From NCBI GenBank assembly GCA_030704615.1, contig CM060731.1, positions 41,106,001-41,170,000 on the forward strand: 64,000 nt of DNA. The letters run 5' to 3'. The notes under the pieces are model-generated. The model ran no database searches and was not told where the DNA came from. It was given only the letters and a program-made list of their open reading frames with translations. Made by a program: the position numbers and the translations under genes. The stretch comes from Takakia lepidozioides. Lineage: Eukaryota; Plantae; Bryophyta. Shown here piece by piece: positions 13,086-25,146 of this stretch; the first letter of the stretch is position 1, and each line of letters begins with the position of its first letter.

Positions 13086-16000
13086 TCGGAGGTCCTCTGT
13101 CGGAATGCTCAGGCCTGTATTCTATTCCAAGTTGTAAGCTTTGAAAGACAAGGATATTCATGGAATTAGTTGACTATCCAAATTCATTTGTTTTCTTCAT
13201 GCAACCATGACACTGAACTGCTCTTTTTACATATTATACATTCACACATTTGCTCTTCTCATACACTGACATCTTCAACTGTTTTGGTCTATGGAATTAG
13301 GAAATTACTACTACAACTGAAGCTGTGGAGGCCAGGACGCTTGCAACCATGCATGATTTCTATGCAGGTTGTTAGGTCCGCCCTTGCCAACGACATCCTA
13401 AAGCTTAGAGGAGACTTCTACTCTGGATACCATCCAGGAGCAGCCGTGTTCTATTTTTCTGTTGAGGGGATTGATGGATCTACTATAGATGTGGGTCCTG
13501 ATATCATCTCTACGTGGGATAGTCATTGGAAAACAGTCAATGATGAGTTTGAGAAGTATCTTGAGTCCAAGCCAAAGTTGCATCATCTTCGGGGGAAGAT
13601 GTTTCATGTCTGGGATGGGAATCATAGGCTTCAAGCATGGTATCCCTACATCAATGAAGTTCATGGGGCCAACTTGTCAAGACATGTCTGTGTGACAAGT
13701 TGGGTGCTCAATGCGGACATTGAAAATCATGGTTCCCTTAGGTCCACCATGGATGGAGTGAATGTGTGAGTTTCCATTCTATTCTTCATTTACTTTCATG
13801 TTCAATGTTGTCATGTTCTTGCTCAATGGATGTACATATACATATCTTCTTTCTAATGATCACATTTTATATGTGCAGGGCAACAGAGAGGGCACATGTT
13901 ACATCCAAATTTGTGCACTTGGTTTGCAAAGTCAATATGATTGGCCTTACACCTGTCTCTGAATGGAAGAATGTATTGAGGAAAGAGCAATACGACGAAT
14001 GCATCAAGAAAGCAGGAAAGACTTGGTATAACCTGACAGTCCATGCAATGACAGAGATTTTGTACAAGGTAACATCATGTCTTAACCAAGTTTCATTCTT
14101 TGCATCCATAGACAAGATTCACCTCTGGTTCATGTTATGAACTGGTTTGGTTCTTTTGGCAGCATGATATTGTTGAGGCCCAACACATGGCGGGGGAAGC
14201 TTACAAACTTGCTGAGGGGCCAAAGAGTCAAGATGGCCTTGAAGATACAATGAGACAGGCTGGATTGAAAGCAAGGGGGCAACACAAGAGTCAGCTTGTG
14301 AAGTTGCTTCCTATTGCTGATCCAACCCTTGGAGAGGGGTTTCTCCAAGAACTTAAACTGCATTGGTCACGTGTAAAGGCAGGATCAAAGGAAATGACCC
14401 AAGAGAAAATGGTGAACATTGCTACAGCCCGGGTGGATCATGAAGAAAAGGTGGAATGGCTACATATATGGAATGGAGACCAAACACTTCACGACCGTAA
14501 TTTTTTTTCCACCCGGGCCTATCAGTGGGCCAACACTTGATCCTTGGCTAAATAGAAGGACTTTTTGGTGGCAGGTACATATACAATCACTATCTTCTCA
14601 ATGCAATTGATTCATTTTGTTGATGACACATTAACATAGTTATTTAATTGACTGTATTTTCTGGCAGCTTCGCAAGGTTGCCTTGGCTCAGTTTGCCTTG
14701 TACACCACTCAGCTTGGCCAATTTCATGTTGCCTTGGAGGAAGGAGAGAGTGAGAGTCTGGGAGACTACATGGATACATGGAAGATGACTCATTTCAATG
14801 AGCTGTTTCATAGAGAGTTCTCATTGCCAAAGGGGCCATTCAGAGGCAATGATTGGGAACAACAAACAGGTGAGGAGAAGGTGGTGAGACGGATTTTATT
14901 CAGGTACAATCTTTCCATTGCATTGTACATGGACAGTGTATACACCTTGTAAGTCAAAAATGTCTATGCTTCAAGTATTTTTCTAGTACATTGGGATATA
15001 CATGTTTCTTAATGTGCTTGTTCAATTGTTGAACAGGTTGCATAAATATTTGTCTCCACAATAACTTTGAATGTGTTTGTATTTTAGGTACATGAGATTT
15101 GTGCTTGTACCGAGTGGTCGACTTAAGGCTGAGCCCAAGTTTCTGATGGTGTGGAAGTTTGGTGCTCAACAAGCTTCCAAGTACACACCTGCAATTGAGG
15201 AAGATTGGGGTGTGGAACACAAGGAAGGGGGGGGGGTGGTATTTGGATATGCCCAAGGGTACTATCCCCTATGCAGAAATGGAACTTCATAAGGAATGTG
15301 TTTGTAGGCAGTCAATCAGTGATGAAGGGGGTATCTCCACTGAAGTCCATGTTCTTGATCTGGAGCATGCAGAACAGATTGCTACACAGGTCGCTGGCGC
15401 TGTAGCCCAAGTGGTCCCTACGGTTGTGGGTGTACCAAAACGCAAATCACGAAAAAAAAAGAAGGTGCGGTTGTCAATGCAGGTGTGGCTTCTATTGCTG
15501 GTCCTATTGGTAGTTCTTCACATCCTTCAAATCAGTTGGTTGTAGTGCCTACACCTACTACTCGAGGAAACAAGCCAAAGGCAGGCGAACATCCTTACAG
15601 TGCAATGTCATTTTCCGGTGGTGCACCTAGCATGTATCGCATGAAGATCATGCCTACTCATTTCATTGATATGGTGGAGGCCTCAAGTACATCTCCTGAT
15701 GCGACCTTGTAAGAGCTTCTGGAGTTCTTAAAAAATGTGAGTTTCCCCCAACAAACAAATTTGAATGTAAGGAATTCTTCGATGTTTTTACATCCTCATC
15801 ACCCGGCTATTGACTCCTACATTTTATGTATGTTGTTTGCAGTTGCCAGGAACTTGGTCTAGTGTTGTGGATGGAGAAAACGTGCATGTGGCTGTGGACA
15901 TGATCATCGTGGACTGCCCGACAGGAATGCATGTACCGGGCTGTTTGGATGGTATACAGGTTCCTCCCTCGAATGCTTTTGATAAACGGTATTGGGAGTA

Positions 16001-16156
16001 TGCATTCTCCATTGTTAATGACCTGTTGGATGACAATGGATGCTTGGTGTTCTTGCAGGGCTCCGATGATTCCTTTGCATTGGAGCTCTTTTCTTACTCC
16101 AGGGGCAGCTCTATTTCCGTATTATCAAGGAAATATACTTGCATCAATACCACCCC

Positions 16157-16883
16157 TGTCGCGCACCTCACTTCGGTAAGCTCCCCTTCAAGTCATAGTT
16201 GCTAGCTTGATGCGCGCGCCTAACTCCCAACCTGGCCGCCGGGCCAACTTGGAGCTTCGGCTGCTCACCGGGGCATAACGGTCCCCCTTTGAACTCCCAA
16301 AGAACCCTCCACCGATTTGGAACCAGCGGGAATTCCCTTTGGTAGTTGGCAATCCGGAACAGCTCCCCACTCTTTGGTCGCTTTCCGGCTCGCTCGCTTA
16401 CTCACTAGTTTTTGGTCACCAACGGGCTTGCACCGTTCTCGGGGTTACTACTCCCTATATATACTTCTGTAGCTGTCCGCGGGGGTTTCACAACTAGCCA
16501 TGCCATTTTATGGCGAACCACCACGAAAACCCTCGACTCCCGGTGATGAGTCGCGGTGAGTCTTGGCCCACTCACCACGGCCCCTATGGACCGTGATGAA
16601 TCCCAAGACTCCCCACGACTCCCACCACGAGGTCTCCACCCCCATGGTGAGTCCTATGCCACCCCCACTAAGTCCCGCTAAGCTACCACCACCCCTTGTG
16701 GAGCCACCCCCACCGCAACCCGGTGTGCGGGGCTCCACCTAGTGAGCGCCTCCACCTCCTTGAGTGCCTTGGGCACTCAAGGGTGCTTCAGCCCCCCATA
16801 CCTATCACTGCCGCTGCCCCCACCACAGGGGCAGCCCCTCATGTGTCCCGACCCCCTGCCCTCAAGGCAAAGGGGCCGCGACA
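16157..16883 (-). repeat. 3' LTR (727 bp)
   Basis: Near-identical to 22398-23004 plus an extra 120 bp (16466-16585). PPT-like GGTAGGGGTATG immediately upstream on the minus strand (16884-16895). Confidence 0.95.
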
Positions 16884-17789
16884 CATACCCCTACCAACAG
16901 GGAGTCGATGTCCTCATCGACTTGTCCATTTTGTAGAAATGAACATCCAAGTTGTGGCGTCCCACATCAAGGAGTTTGTTTCCGTACCATGGCGTCCCAT
17001 GGCAAAGAACCAAACCCCACACTTGACTCTACTCTCCACTAGCTAGTTCGGCCGACTTCCTCCAAGTCCCGGCCAGGGGTGGAGCCTCTCAAGCTCCTCC
17101 CAGTGCACTCTTCTTGGCCTTCTTCAAGGTCAAGGAACGATCCTCCCCGAGGATCGAATCGCCTTACTGCAACAACATTGCTTGCGATCGCTCCTGATGC
17201 CGCTTTTGGCATCACTTTGCGCAAGGGTTCACCTCGAACCCCCTTTGACTAGGAAGATAACCTTGAACCAACCATGCGCCCCAATCACTACAATTGGGTC
17301 CGTCTTGGAATGTTGGCCTGAGGTACGAGAACACGTCGAAGCCGCACTACGACTTCGTCCCAAGGCTACACGATTATAGTACGTGAACGGAAGCACATAG
17401 CTTCCGTGTTAGCCCGCACTACAAGGCAACCACCTCGGTAGCGCAGTTATAGTACGCGCACGCGCCAGGTGCGCACTAGCACGTGAACTCCCAAAGAAGG
17501 CGCATGTTTCCTTGCCCCTTGGATGGGAGTCACCCGATTTCGGCACTGCGCAAACACACGATTAACCCAATTTACCTCTCCCACTTTTGTAAGCTAGCAT
17601 GCATTCTACACACTAGCCAACCACACCATGCATCACCATTCCAAACAAAATAGGACACACAACATTTGGAACCTATTTCTTTTATAACAAATTTTTGTAC
17701 AGTACAAGTTTTTGCAATCGGATTCCTGAGCTAGCTAAACCGGGCTAAGCATGCATTTCCTCCCCCACGCTCCAAGGTTGATGTCCCCA

Positions 17790-20700
17790 TCAACGCTTCT
17801 TCCGCTTTTGAGGTCGCCCTTCGAAAACTGCAACCGCCTCGGATGCGTTTCCCATTTCTGAGGCACGCACCCAAGATGCCTCCACATGATGATAGCCCTT
17901 CCATTTGACGAGATACTCCGTTTCTCGGTTCTTGAACCTCCTCGACTTAAGTACTGCCTCCACCTCGTACTCAGGTTCATTTTCATGATCCAACAGCACA
18001 GGTGGCGGACGCAACACTTGATGCCGATTCGGACGTGCTTCATCTTTGAAGTAAGGCTTCAAAAGGGAAACGTGGAATACTGGATGCACCTTGCTGTTTG
18101 CCGGCAGCTCCAATTCATACACATCCTCATTCATAACCTTCCGGATGCGAAAGGGTCCCGCATACGGAGGTACGAATTTTGGACTCACTTCCGGAGGTAG
18201 TCGGAAATTCTTGATGTTCAACCAGACCTCCGTGCCTGCCTCAAACTTCACTTCCCTCCGCTTCCGATTCGCCTGCCTTTCATACCGTTTCCTCGCTTTG
18301 GCAATGTTGTACTTTGCGAGCTTCAACAAACGCTCGCGTTCTTCCAGTACCGCCGCTACTGCCGGTTCCTCAACGTCCTGGGCGGCCCAACTTGTCGGCA
18401 CCAGAGGTGCTTTTCCATAGACCAATATGAAAGGGGAAACTCCCGTTGCGGAGTGTTCTGTGTTATTATAACAGAACTCTACCGCGTCTAAGTGTTCCAC
18501 CCAGTCTGATTGGTCTGCCGACACGTAATTCCGCAAGATCTGCTTCACTATGGAATTCACTCTTTCCGTTTGGCCGTCGGTCGTAGGTCGAAAGGCGGTG
18601 CTCATCTTCAGCCTCGTCCTCATCTTCTTCCAAAGTGTCCTCCAAAATTTACTCGTAAACTTTGGATCGCGGTCCGAGACAATATCCTTCGGGACTCCAT
18701 GATGTTTTAAGACGTGGGCGAAGTAAAGTCGCCTTGTCTCTTGCGCCGTTGCCGTCTCCTTGATGAAATGGCCCATTTTACTGAACCTATCCACCACCAC
18801 CATGATTGCATCGAATCCTTTTGACAGCGGCATAGCTGTCATGAAATCCATCGAGACGCTTTCCCAAGTCCCCTCTGGAATCGGCAAGGGTTGTAACAGC
18901 CCCGCTTGCTTTTTGTACTCGCTCCGATTTTGTTGGCATGTGGTGCATGTCTTGACATACTTCTCTGCCTCCTCCCTCAGTTTGGGCCAGAAATACTCTT
19001 TCTTCAAGAGTGCCGCAGTGCGCTTGGCTCCGTCGTGGCCTGCAAGCGGACTATCATGACATTCTCTCAAGAGACTATCTCTGATCCCTCCCTTCGGCAC
19101 GTAGAGACGCTTTTGTTTATACCAGAGCAGTCCATTTTGCAAGTGGAATTGCGATTTAACCCCCCTCCTCAAGTCCTGCATCACGTACTTCGCCAGCTCA
19201 TCCTTCTGGCAAGCCTTCCGGATCTTCCTTTGGAGCGTCGTCTCGCCCCTGTACACCAACAAGAGCTGCTGCTTTCTACTTAAAGCATCGGCCACCATAT
19301 TGTCACGTCCCGGTTTGTACTGGATATCCACGTCAAACACCGCCAAAGTATCTTGCCACCTAAGTTGTTTTGGGGACAACTTGGGCTGCGTGGCAAAATA
19401 CTTCACCGTAACATTGTCCGTGAATACCTTCACTGGGTTGGAACCAACATAGTGGCGCCAAAGCTCAAGACAATGCACCACCGCCTTCATCTATTTCTCG
19501 TGCGTCGGCCACCATCGCTCCACTTTGTTCAGTTTCTTACTTTCGTAAGCCACTGGACGTCCATCTTGCATCAGTACACCCCCAATCGCAAAGTCCGACG
19601 CATCTGTATGAATCTCGAACGGCCGATCGAACTCCAGGATTTCAAGACTGGAGCTTCCGCCATCCGCTGCTTCAATTCAGCAAAAGCTTGGCCACACAAG
19701 GTGTTCCATACCCAGACTTTGGATTTACACAGAAGGTCTGACAACGGCCCCGCGATCTTGGCGAAATTTCTCACATACTTCCGGTAATAGGAGGCGAGTC
19801 CTAGGAAGGATCGCACTCCCGAGACCGAAGTCGGAGGCTCCCAGTCCAAGATCGCCCTCACCTTTCTGTCATCCATTTTGATCCCATCCTGTGTAATCAC
19901 ATGCCCCATGAACTCCACTTTTGTGACCCCGAATTCGCACTTTGAAGCTTTGGCATACAGCTTCCCTTCCCGCAATTTCTGGAACACCCTCTTGAGGTGC
20001 TCCAGGTGCTCCTCCTTTGTTTTCGAATACACCAAGATGTCGTCGATGTACACGATCACAAAGTCATCCAACCACTCCTGGAAAAGGCTGTTCATCAGCG
20101 TGCTAAAGGTCGCGGGTGCATTGGTGAGCCCAAAAGGCATCACCAAGAACTCATATGAACCATACCTTGTCCTGCACGCGGTCTTCTCCTCATCTCCTTC
20201 CGCCACTCGAATTTGATGATAGCCGGAGCGCAATTGATCCGGCTGAAATACTTCGCTCCTGCCAACCGATCGAAAAGGTCGTCGATCCTTGGCAAAGGAT
20301 ACCGGTTTTTGATAGTCACCTTATTCAAAGCCCTGTAATCGACACACATCCACAGCGTCCCATCCTTCTTGTCTGCGAATAGCACTGGGGCTTCGTAAGG
20401 TGACTTACTCGGCCGGATGTACCCCTTTGACATTAGATCTTTGAGCTGAGTCTTCAGCTCGACCAACTCTCTGTGGCTCAACCGGTAGGGCGCCTTGGCA
20501 GGCGGTTCCAATCCCGGTATCACCTCAATCTTGTGGTCAACTCCTCTTCGCGGTGGCAAGCCGCTTGGTAAATCCTCCGGCATCACATCCTGGTATCTCT
20601 CCAAAATCCCTTTGATCCAATCTGGGCTCGGCTCCCCATCGCCTTCTCCCTTCACTTCTCTAATGTAAAGCAAAAATTGGGGCTCGTGTGCCTCCTCCAC

Positions 20701-22343
20701 GGCCCACTCCCTTGCTGACAGAAGGCTTATTCGCCCTCCCACGGGTTTGGGCGTTTCCAATACTCGTAAGACTTCGCCACCATCCCCACATGGTAGCGTG
20801 ACTACTCTTTTGCGGCCATCTATGACCGCTCCGGATTTGCTCAAAAAGGTCATCCCCAAAATGAGATCCACTCCATCGATCTCGCAAACGGTGAAGTTCT
20901 CACGTCCTTCCCATTTCCCCAGTTGAAGAGGGACATCGAACGCCAACCTCGTCGCCAATTGTGGTTCTCCTTTGGCAGAACGCACCTCAATAGAGGCCCC
21001 CACGTCACTTGTCGGGAGTCCCAGCTTTTGTGCCGTTGCCGGTGTCATGAAGGAGTGCGACGCTCCTGTGTCCACCAACAATGACACGTTAGTTCCGGAT
21101 ATTATCCCATCCACGAACAATAACTGACTCCTTTTACGTAAGGCGCCAGTTTCCTGATACAATTCACAAGAAAATTTGCCTACCTTGCAAGTCCTGGCGA
21201 CCACCGCTTCCACCAAGCGACTGATGATATCTTCCGACAGCTCTGTGGTCGCCCGAGTCATGTTCAATTGCCGGGGCTTCGTGCACTTCTTGGCCATGTG
21301 CCCGAGCTCCCCGCAATTGAAACACACTCCATCAAAGGTCGCATTTTGTCCGCCATAGGCCGCTCCACCCACTTTTCCTTTTGAAGCACCGGGTGCCTCC
21401 TTGACTTGTGAAGGCCCTCCCTTCGATTTCCACGTGCCATTGTCGCCGCGTGGCCTATCCCACTTCTTTTCCGGTCGGAAGGCGTCTCCTTCCCGCCGGG
21501 TCTTCTTGTGGTTCAGCTCCGTACGGCCTTGTCTTTCACCCCTAGGGACATCCGAGAAACATTCAGCCCTCTCAATTGCCTCGTTCAAAGTCTTAGGTGG
21601 CTTCTCTTTCAACTTCCGCCTAGCCCATGGGGCCAGTCCCGCCACAAAGTTGAAGACCATTTCTGGTTCTGCTATGTTCGCGACTTCGAGCAACAGCACA
21701 TTGAAAGCCTGGACATATCCCCGAATGTCATCTGTTTACTTCAAATTCCTCATCTTGTCCCGGGCAAGCCAGACGCGTTGAGGGGCACAAACTGCCTTTT
21801 CATCAATTCCTTGAACCCACTCCAATTCAAGGTTTCCGGGCTTGGACCTTGGTCGTGAAGGCATTTCTGCCACCATTGTTGAGCATAGCCCCTCAAATAG
21901 GTGGGAGCCACTTCCACCCGGTCCTCGTCACTCAACTTGGCCGCCCGGAAGTACTGCTCTAGCTTCAGGAGCCAGGTGTTGAATGCCTTCCGATTTCGGA
22001 CGCCCTCGAAGGTGCCGGGTTCCTTAGGCTTCACCTTAAATTTTGCCTTAGTGGAAGTGGCATTAGCTGCCTTCAACACGTCCTTCAACGTCCCGCCAAA
22101 TTGCGCCAACAACCCGTCCCAAAAGGCTGCCGGCATGGGAGGCATCTGTTGGTCGGTCGGAGCTCTCAGGGATTCCTTGGGCTCCGACTCCTCAGATTCC
22201 TCCCGCTCTTGAGCGGCCTCGTTTTCGGAGACCTGCATCGCTTCCTCAAACGGCCGCCTCGGTGACACGTCGCCCCCATCGGGCTCACCAGGATCATCAT
22301 CTTTTGGGCCGTTCCGCTTTCTCTTTGGCTTGCCCGACCCCAT
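17790..22343 (-). pseudogene. gag-pol polyprotein (frameshifted): Gag with CCHC knuckle, protease, RT, RNase H, integrase, chromodomain
   Basis: [14 protein letters not shown]; [10 protein letters not shown]; [18 protein letters not shown]; YIDDILVYS; integrase HHCC/DDE (SMDF, SDRD, GQTER); GPF motif; EYEVEAVL..YLVKWKGY..SWV chromodomain. Split over four ORFs by frameshifts and a stop. Confidence 0.95.
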
Positions 22344-22383
22344 GATGAGGCCAATCCCAAGGACGATACGTACTGAACTCTAA

Positions 22384-22395
22384 GCTCTGATACCA
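22384..22395 (-). other. Primer-binding site (tRNA-iMet)
   Basis: TGGTATCAGAGC on the minus strand, 2 nt inside the 5' LTR boundary. Confidence 0.93.
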
Positions 22396-22397
22396 AG

Positions 22398-23004
22398 TGT
22401 CGCACACCTCACTTCGGTAAGCTCCCCTTCAAGTCATAGTTGCTAGCTTGATGCGCGCGCCTAACTCCCAACCTGGCCGCCGGGCCAACTTGGAGCTTCG
22501 GCTGCTCACCGGGGCATAACGGTCCCCCTTTGAACTCCCAAAGAACCCTCCACCGATTTGGAACCAGCGGGAATTCCCTTTGGTAGTTGGCAATCCGGAA
22601 CAGCTCCCCACTCTTTGGTCGCTTTCCGGCTCGCTCGCTTACTCACTAGTTTTTGGTCACCAACGGGCTTGCACCGTTCTCGGGGTTACTACTCCCTATA
22701 TATACTATGGACCGTGATGAGTCCCAAGACTCCCCACGACTCCCACCACGAGGTCTCCGCCCCCATGATGAGTCCTATGCCACCCCCACTAAGTCCCGCT
22801 AAGCTACGACCACCCCTTGTGGAGCCACCCCCACCGCAACCCGGTGTGCGGGGCTCCACCTAGTGAGCGCCTCCGCCTCCTTGAGTGCCTTGGGCACTCA
22901 AGGGTGCTTCAGCCCCCCATACCTATCGCTGCCACTGCCCCCACCACAGGGGCAGCCCCTCATGTGTCCCGACCCCCTGCCCTCAAGGCAAAGGGGCCGC
23001 GACA
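22398..23004 (-). repeat. 5' LTR (607 bp, 120-bp internal deletion relative to the 3' LTR)
   Basis: Direct comparison with 16157-16883; about 8 substitutions counted by eye. Confidence 0.95.
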
Positions 23005-25146
23005 ACCCCTCTACACACTCAGACAGGAAAGGTAAAAATCATCCCTCTTCAAACATCCGGGTGCACTGTTTTTGTGGAAATGGCACGTCTAACAGACCAT
23101 GTTCTTCCACGCCCATATCCTCACCAAGCAAGGAGGACTTTTCAAACTGCGTGAGTCTGGCAAAGTTGTGGACCCCCTTGCAAACCCTGTTGAGTTGGAT
23201 GCCATCTATAACCACATTCCAGATGTTGCACTGCCCATGCAAACTCCTCAACAAGCTTGGAGGGGTACGCGAGACCGTAGTCCCGCCTTCATGCAAGTGT
23301 TGTTGGAGACATGCTCACCTCCTGACTCCCGCATTTTGGATCTCACAGTTGGCACAGGTTTGCATTGGTCTCCATTTTGTAATTAAAATCTTCTGAGTTG
23401 ATTCATGATCATTAACTGTTATTCAATATAATATCACCATTGCTTGTTTTTTTCCTATAGGTTCTATATTTATTGCTGCCCACGAGTCTGGACGTCACGT
23501 ATTTGGTCTTGAGGGGGCCCAGACGTTGTATGCAGCACGTCTCTCTGCACTTTAAAATACTCAACATGTTTTGGTTTCATCTGTGGTAACTCCAACCATT
23601 CAACGTCATGTGAGTTTGTTGGAACCCCCCGCTCCCAAGGTGGCGCGCAAGCTTGGTCTTCATCTCGGCAGTACTTCCTAGTGAGTATGTCTCGCCTCCA
23701 TTCCCTTTGTTGCAATCTCTATATTATTTGCAAAGCAAACCATTCCCATTTGATTTGTTAACATAAGTATATATGTATGTGTGATGCAGTGATGGGATTG
23801 TGCGGACCATCTACGACAGTCTACCCCAAAGTCATCATTCATCGTTTTATCTACCTTCGTATGCCGAGTCCCAAGCTTTGCATTCAATACATCAACAACG
23901 TGATGTAGGTCTTTCCAATGATCTGTTGTTTGACCGAAGAGCAGCTATTGTTGGACAATCCGTGGATAGGTTGCGTAGAGTTGAGGCTTTCATGGATGTG
24001 TATGCCTCTGAATCATAGGCTTATGACACGGATGATGAAGTATCAGCTGATGATGTTATGTTGGTAATTAGAAATTACATATACAATACATTGTCCTCAT
24101 TGTCAGTCCGAATTTTTGGTTATTTTTTATGATACATGTCTTTATCTCTAGTGTAAAGTAAAACAAATGGGGCAAATGACATGGTGTTGAAATCAGATTT
24201 CATGTTATCTTCCTGACATTTGATTTATCTATGTAATAGTTTGTATATAGATCTCTACTGCATTTCATAAATCCCTTTACCGGAATGCAAGTTCGACATG
24301 CACTTCAGCACTATCAAATTTCATCATTAGTAAGATTAACCCTTATGAGTATTGTGGCATGTTATGTACACACAGGGTGACTATCTTTATCTCATTAGTG
24401 TTTCAAGTCTGAATGGGTAGTATAGTGGTATGAACTAGGCTTGATACCCGATAGGTTGTGGGTTCCATCTCTGATGGACATTATGTTTTTGTAAAATAAA
24501 AATGTTTCAGAAGATAGATATATAGATATTGCAAAACCTATGTAACAAGATTAAATGGGTGGTGGTTTGGTAATGATTATGTTTTTTAAGTTATGAGATT
24601 GCGGGTTCGATTACCAATCAATAGTTTTTTTTGTAAAATTGAATTCCCTTGCGGGCCATCGCCATTTACTACCCAAATGCGCAGGCGGACCATCTCCATC
24701 ACATTGTCAAGCTCCCTAGCATTCCTTGAGCATTGCTCCATTCTGAACTTCAAACTAGACTCCCACCATTGGAAGAGCCCGTACCTTCACCATTTGTATC
24801 TAACAAGGAGCCGTGTCACTTTTTAATTTTTCGACCTTTTTTCTCATGTTGGAAAGTCATAAAAGCAACATGTTCCTCTCCCATTCCTACACTCACCCAT
24901 GTGGAATAATAATACAATGAATATGGAATATTCTATAAAGAATATTCTTATTCCATCCTTTGATATTTTGACTATGGACCCTAAGATTAGATGAATCACA
25001 ATTTTTTTTTTTTTTTTGGGTACCCTTATTTAAGTGTTGTGCATATAAAATTGTTCCTATGCATATCTAAAATTTGTATGCACGCATACATTCCTCCATA
25101 TGCATGCATTTGTGTGCGCATACAGTATAGGCTACCTCCCTGCGAT

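Larger units (their letters stand above)
16157..23004 (-). mobile_element. Full-length chromoviral Ty3/gypsy LTR retrotransposon
   Basis: TG...CA LTRs at 16157-16883 and 22398-23004. 5-bp TSD ACCCC at 16152-16156 and 23005-23009. tRNA-iMet PBS and PPT present. gag-PR-RT-RH-INT-chromo order. Confidence 0.97.
13350..23555 (+). pseudogene. Multi-exon ParB/Srx-like domain + beta-class N4/N6 DNA methyltransferase-fold fusion gene, interrupted by the gypsy element
   Basis: ParB-like VWDGNHRLQAW (13614-13628). In-phase GT-AG introns at 13766-13878, 14069-14162, 14575-14667, 14904-15087, 15737-15842, 23032-23095 and 23358-23460. Motif-IV region VDMIIVDCPTG (15912), then LLDDNGCLVFL. After removing the LTR element the frame reads TCINTTP|LHTQTGK, then RSPAFMQVLLETCSPPDSRILDLTVGT|GSIFIAAHESGRHVFGLE, matching the KP..L...LI...S..GD.VLDPF.GSGTT..AA...GR...G.E signature. 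Frameshifts in homopolymers (~14500, ~15230, ~15455) and a stop at 15710. True 5' and 3' ends uncertain. Confidence 0.8.
7512..25138. mobile_element. Large Mutator-like (MULE) DNA transposon, ~10.8 kb excluding the nested gypsy element; carries a transposase and a ParB-methyltransferase accessory gene
   Basis: Exact direct repeat CCTGCGAT at 7504-7511 and 25139-25146. Degenerate ~100-bp TIRs: left GGGGGTTGCTATTCCATATGCACA...tatatgcatgtgacaaatttgtatgcaca; right (rc) GAGGTAGCCTATACTGTATGCGCA...gatatgcataggaacaattttatatgcaca. Internal MULE-type DDE transposase. Confidence 0.85.

Noticed and set aside
13350-23555. Bacterial/phage contamination or a recent prophage as the source of the ParB-MTase
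   Set aside because: The gene has at least seven in-phase spliceosomal introns and hosts a plant LTR retrotransposon.
24410-24620. tRNA genes (tagtatagtggta..ggttccat; gcgggttcgatt), also ~11535-11590 and ~5870-5930
   Set aside because: Only A/B-box-like fragments; no cloverleaf could be folded. More likely decayed tRNA-derived repeats.
7512-25138. Zisupton/KDZ assignment (8-bp TSD, SWIM finger, ~11 kb)
   Set aside because: The catalytic core shows MULE-type D..D-CxxH..TTNxxE motifs and G-rich termini; no KDZ CxC, SAP or Ulp1 motifs were recognised.
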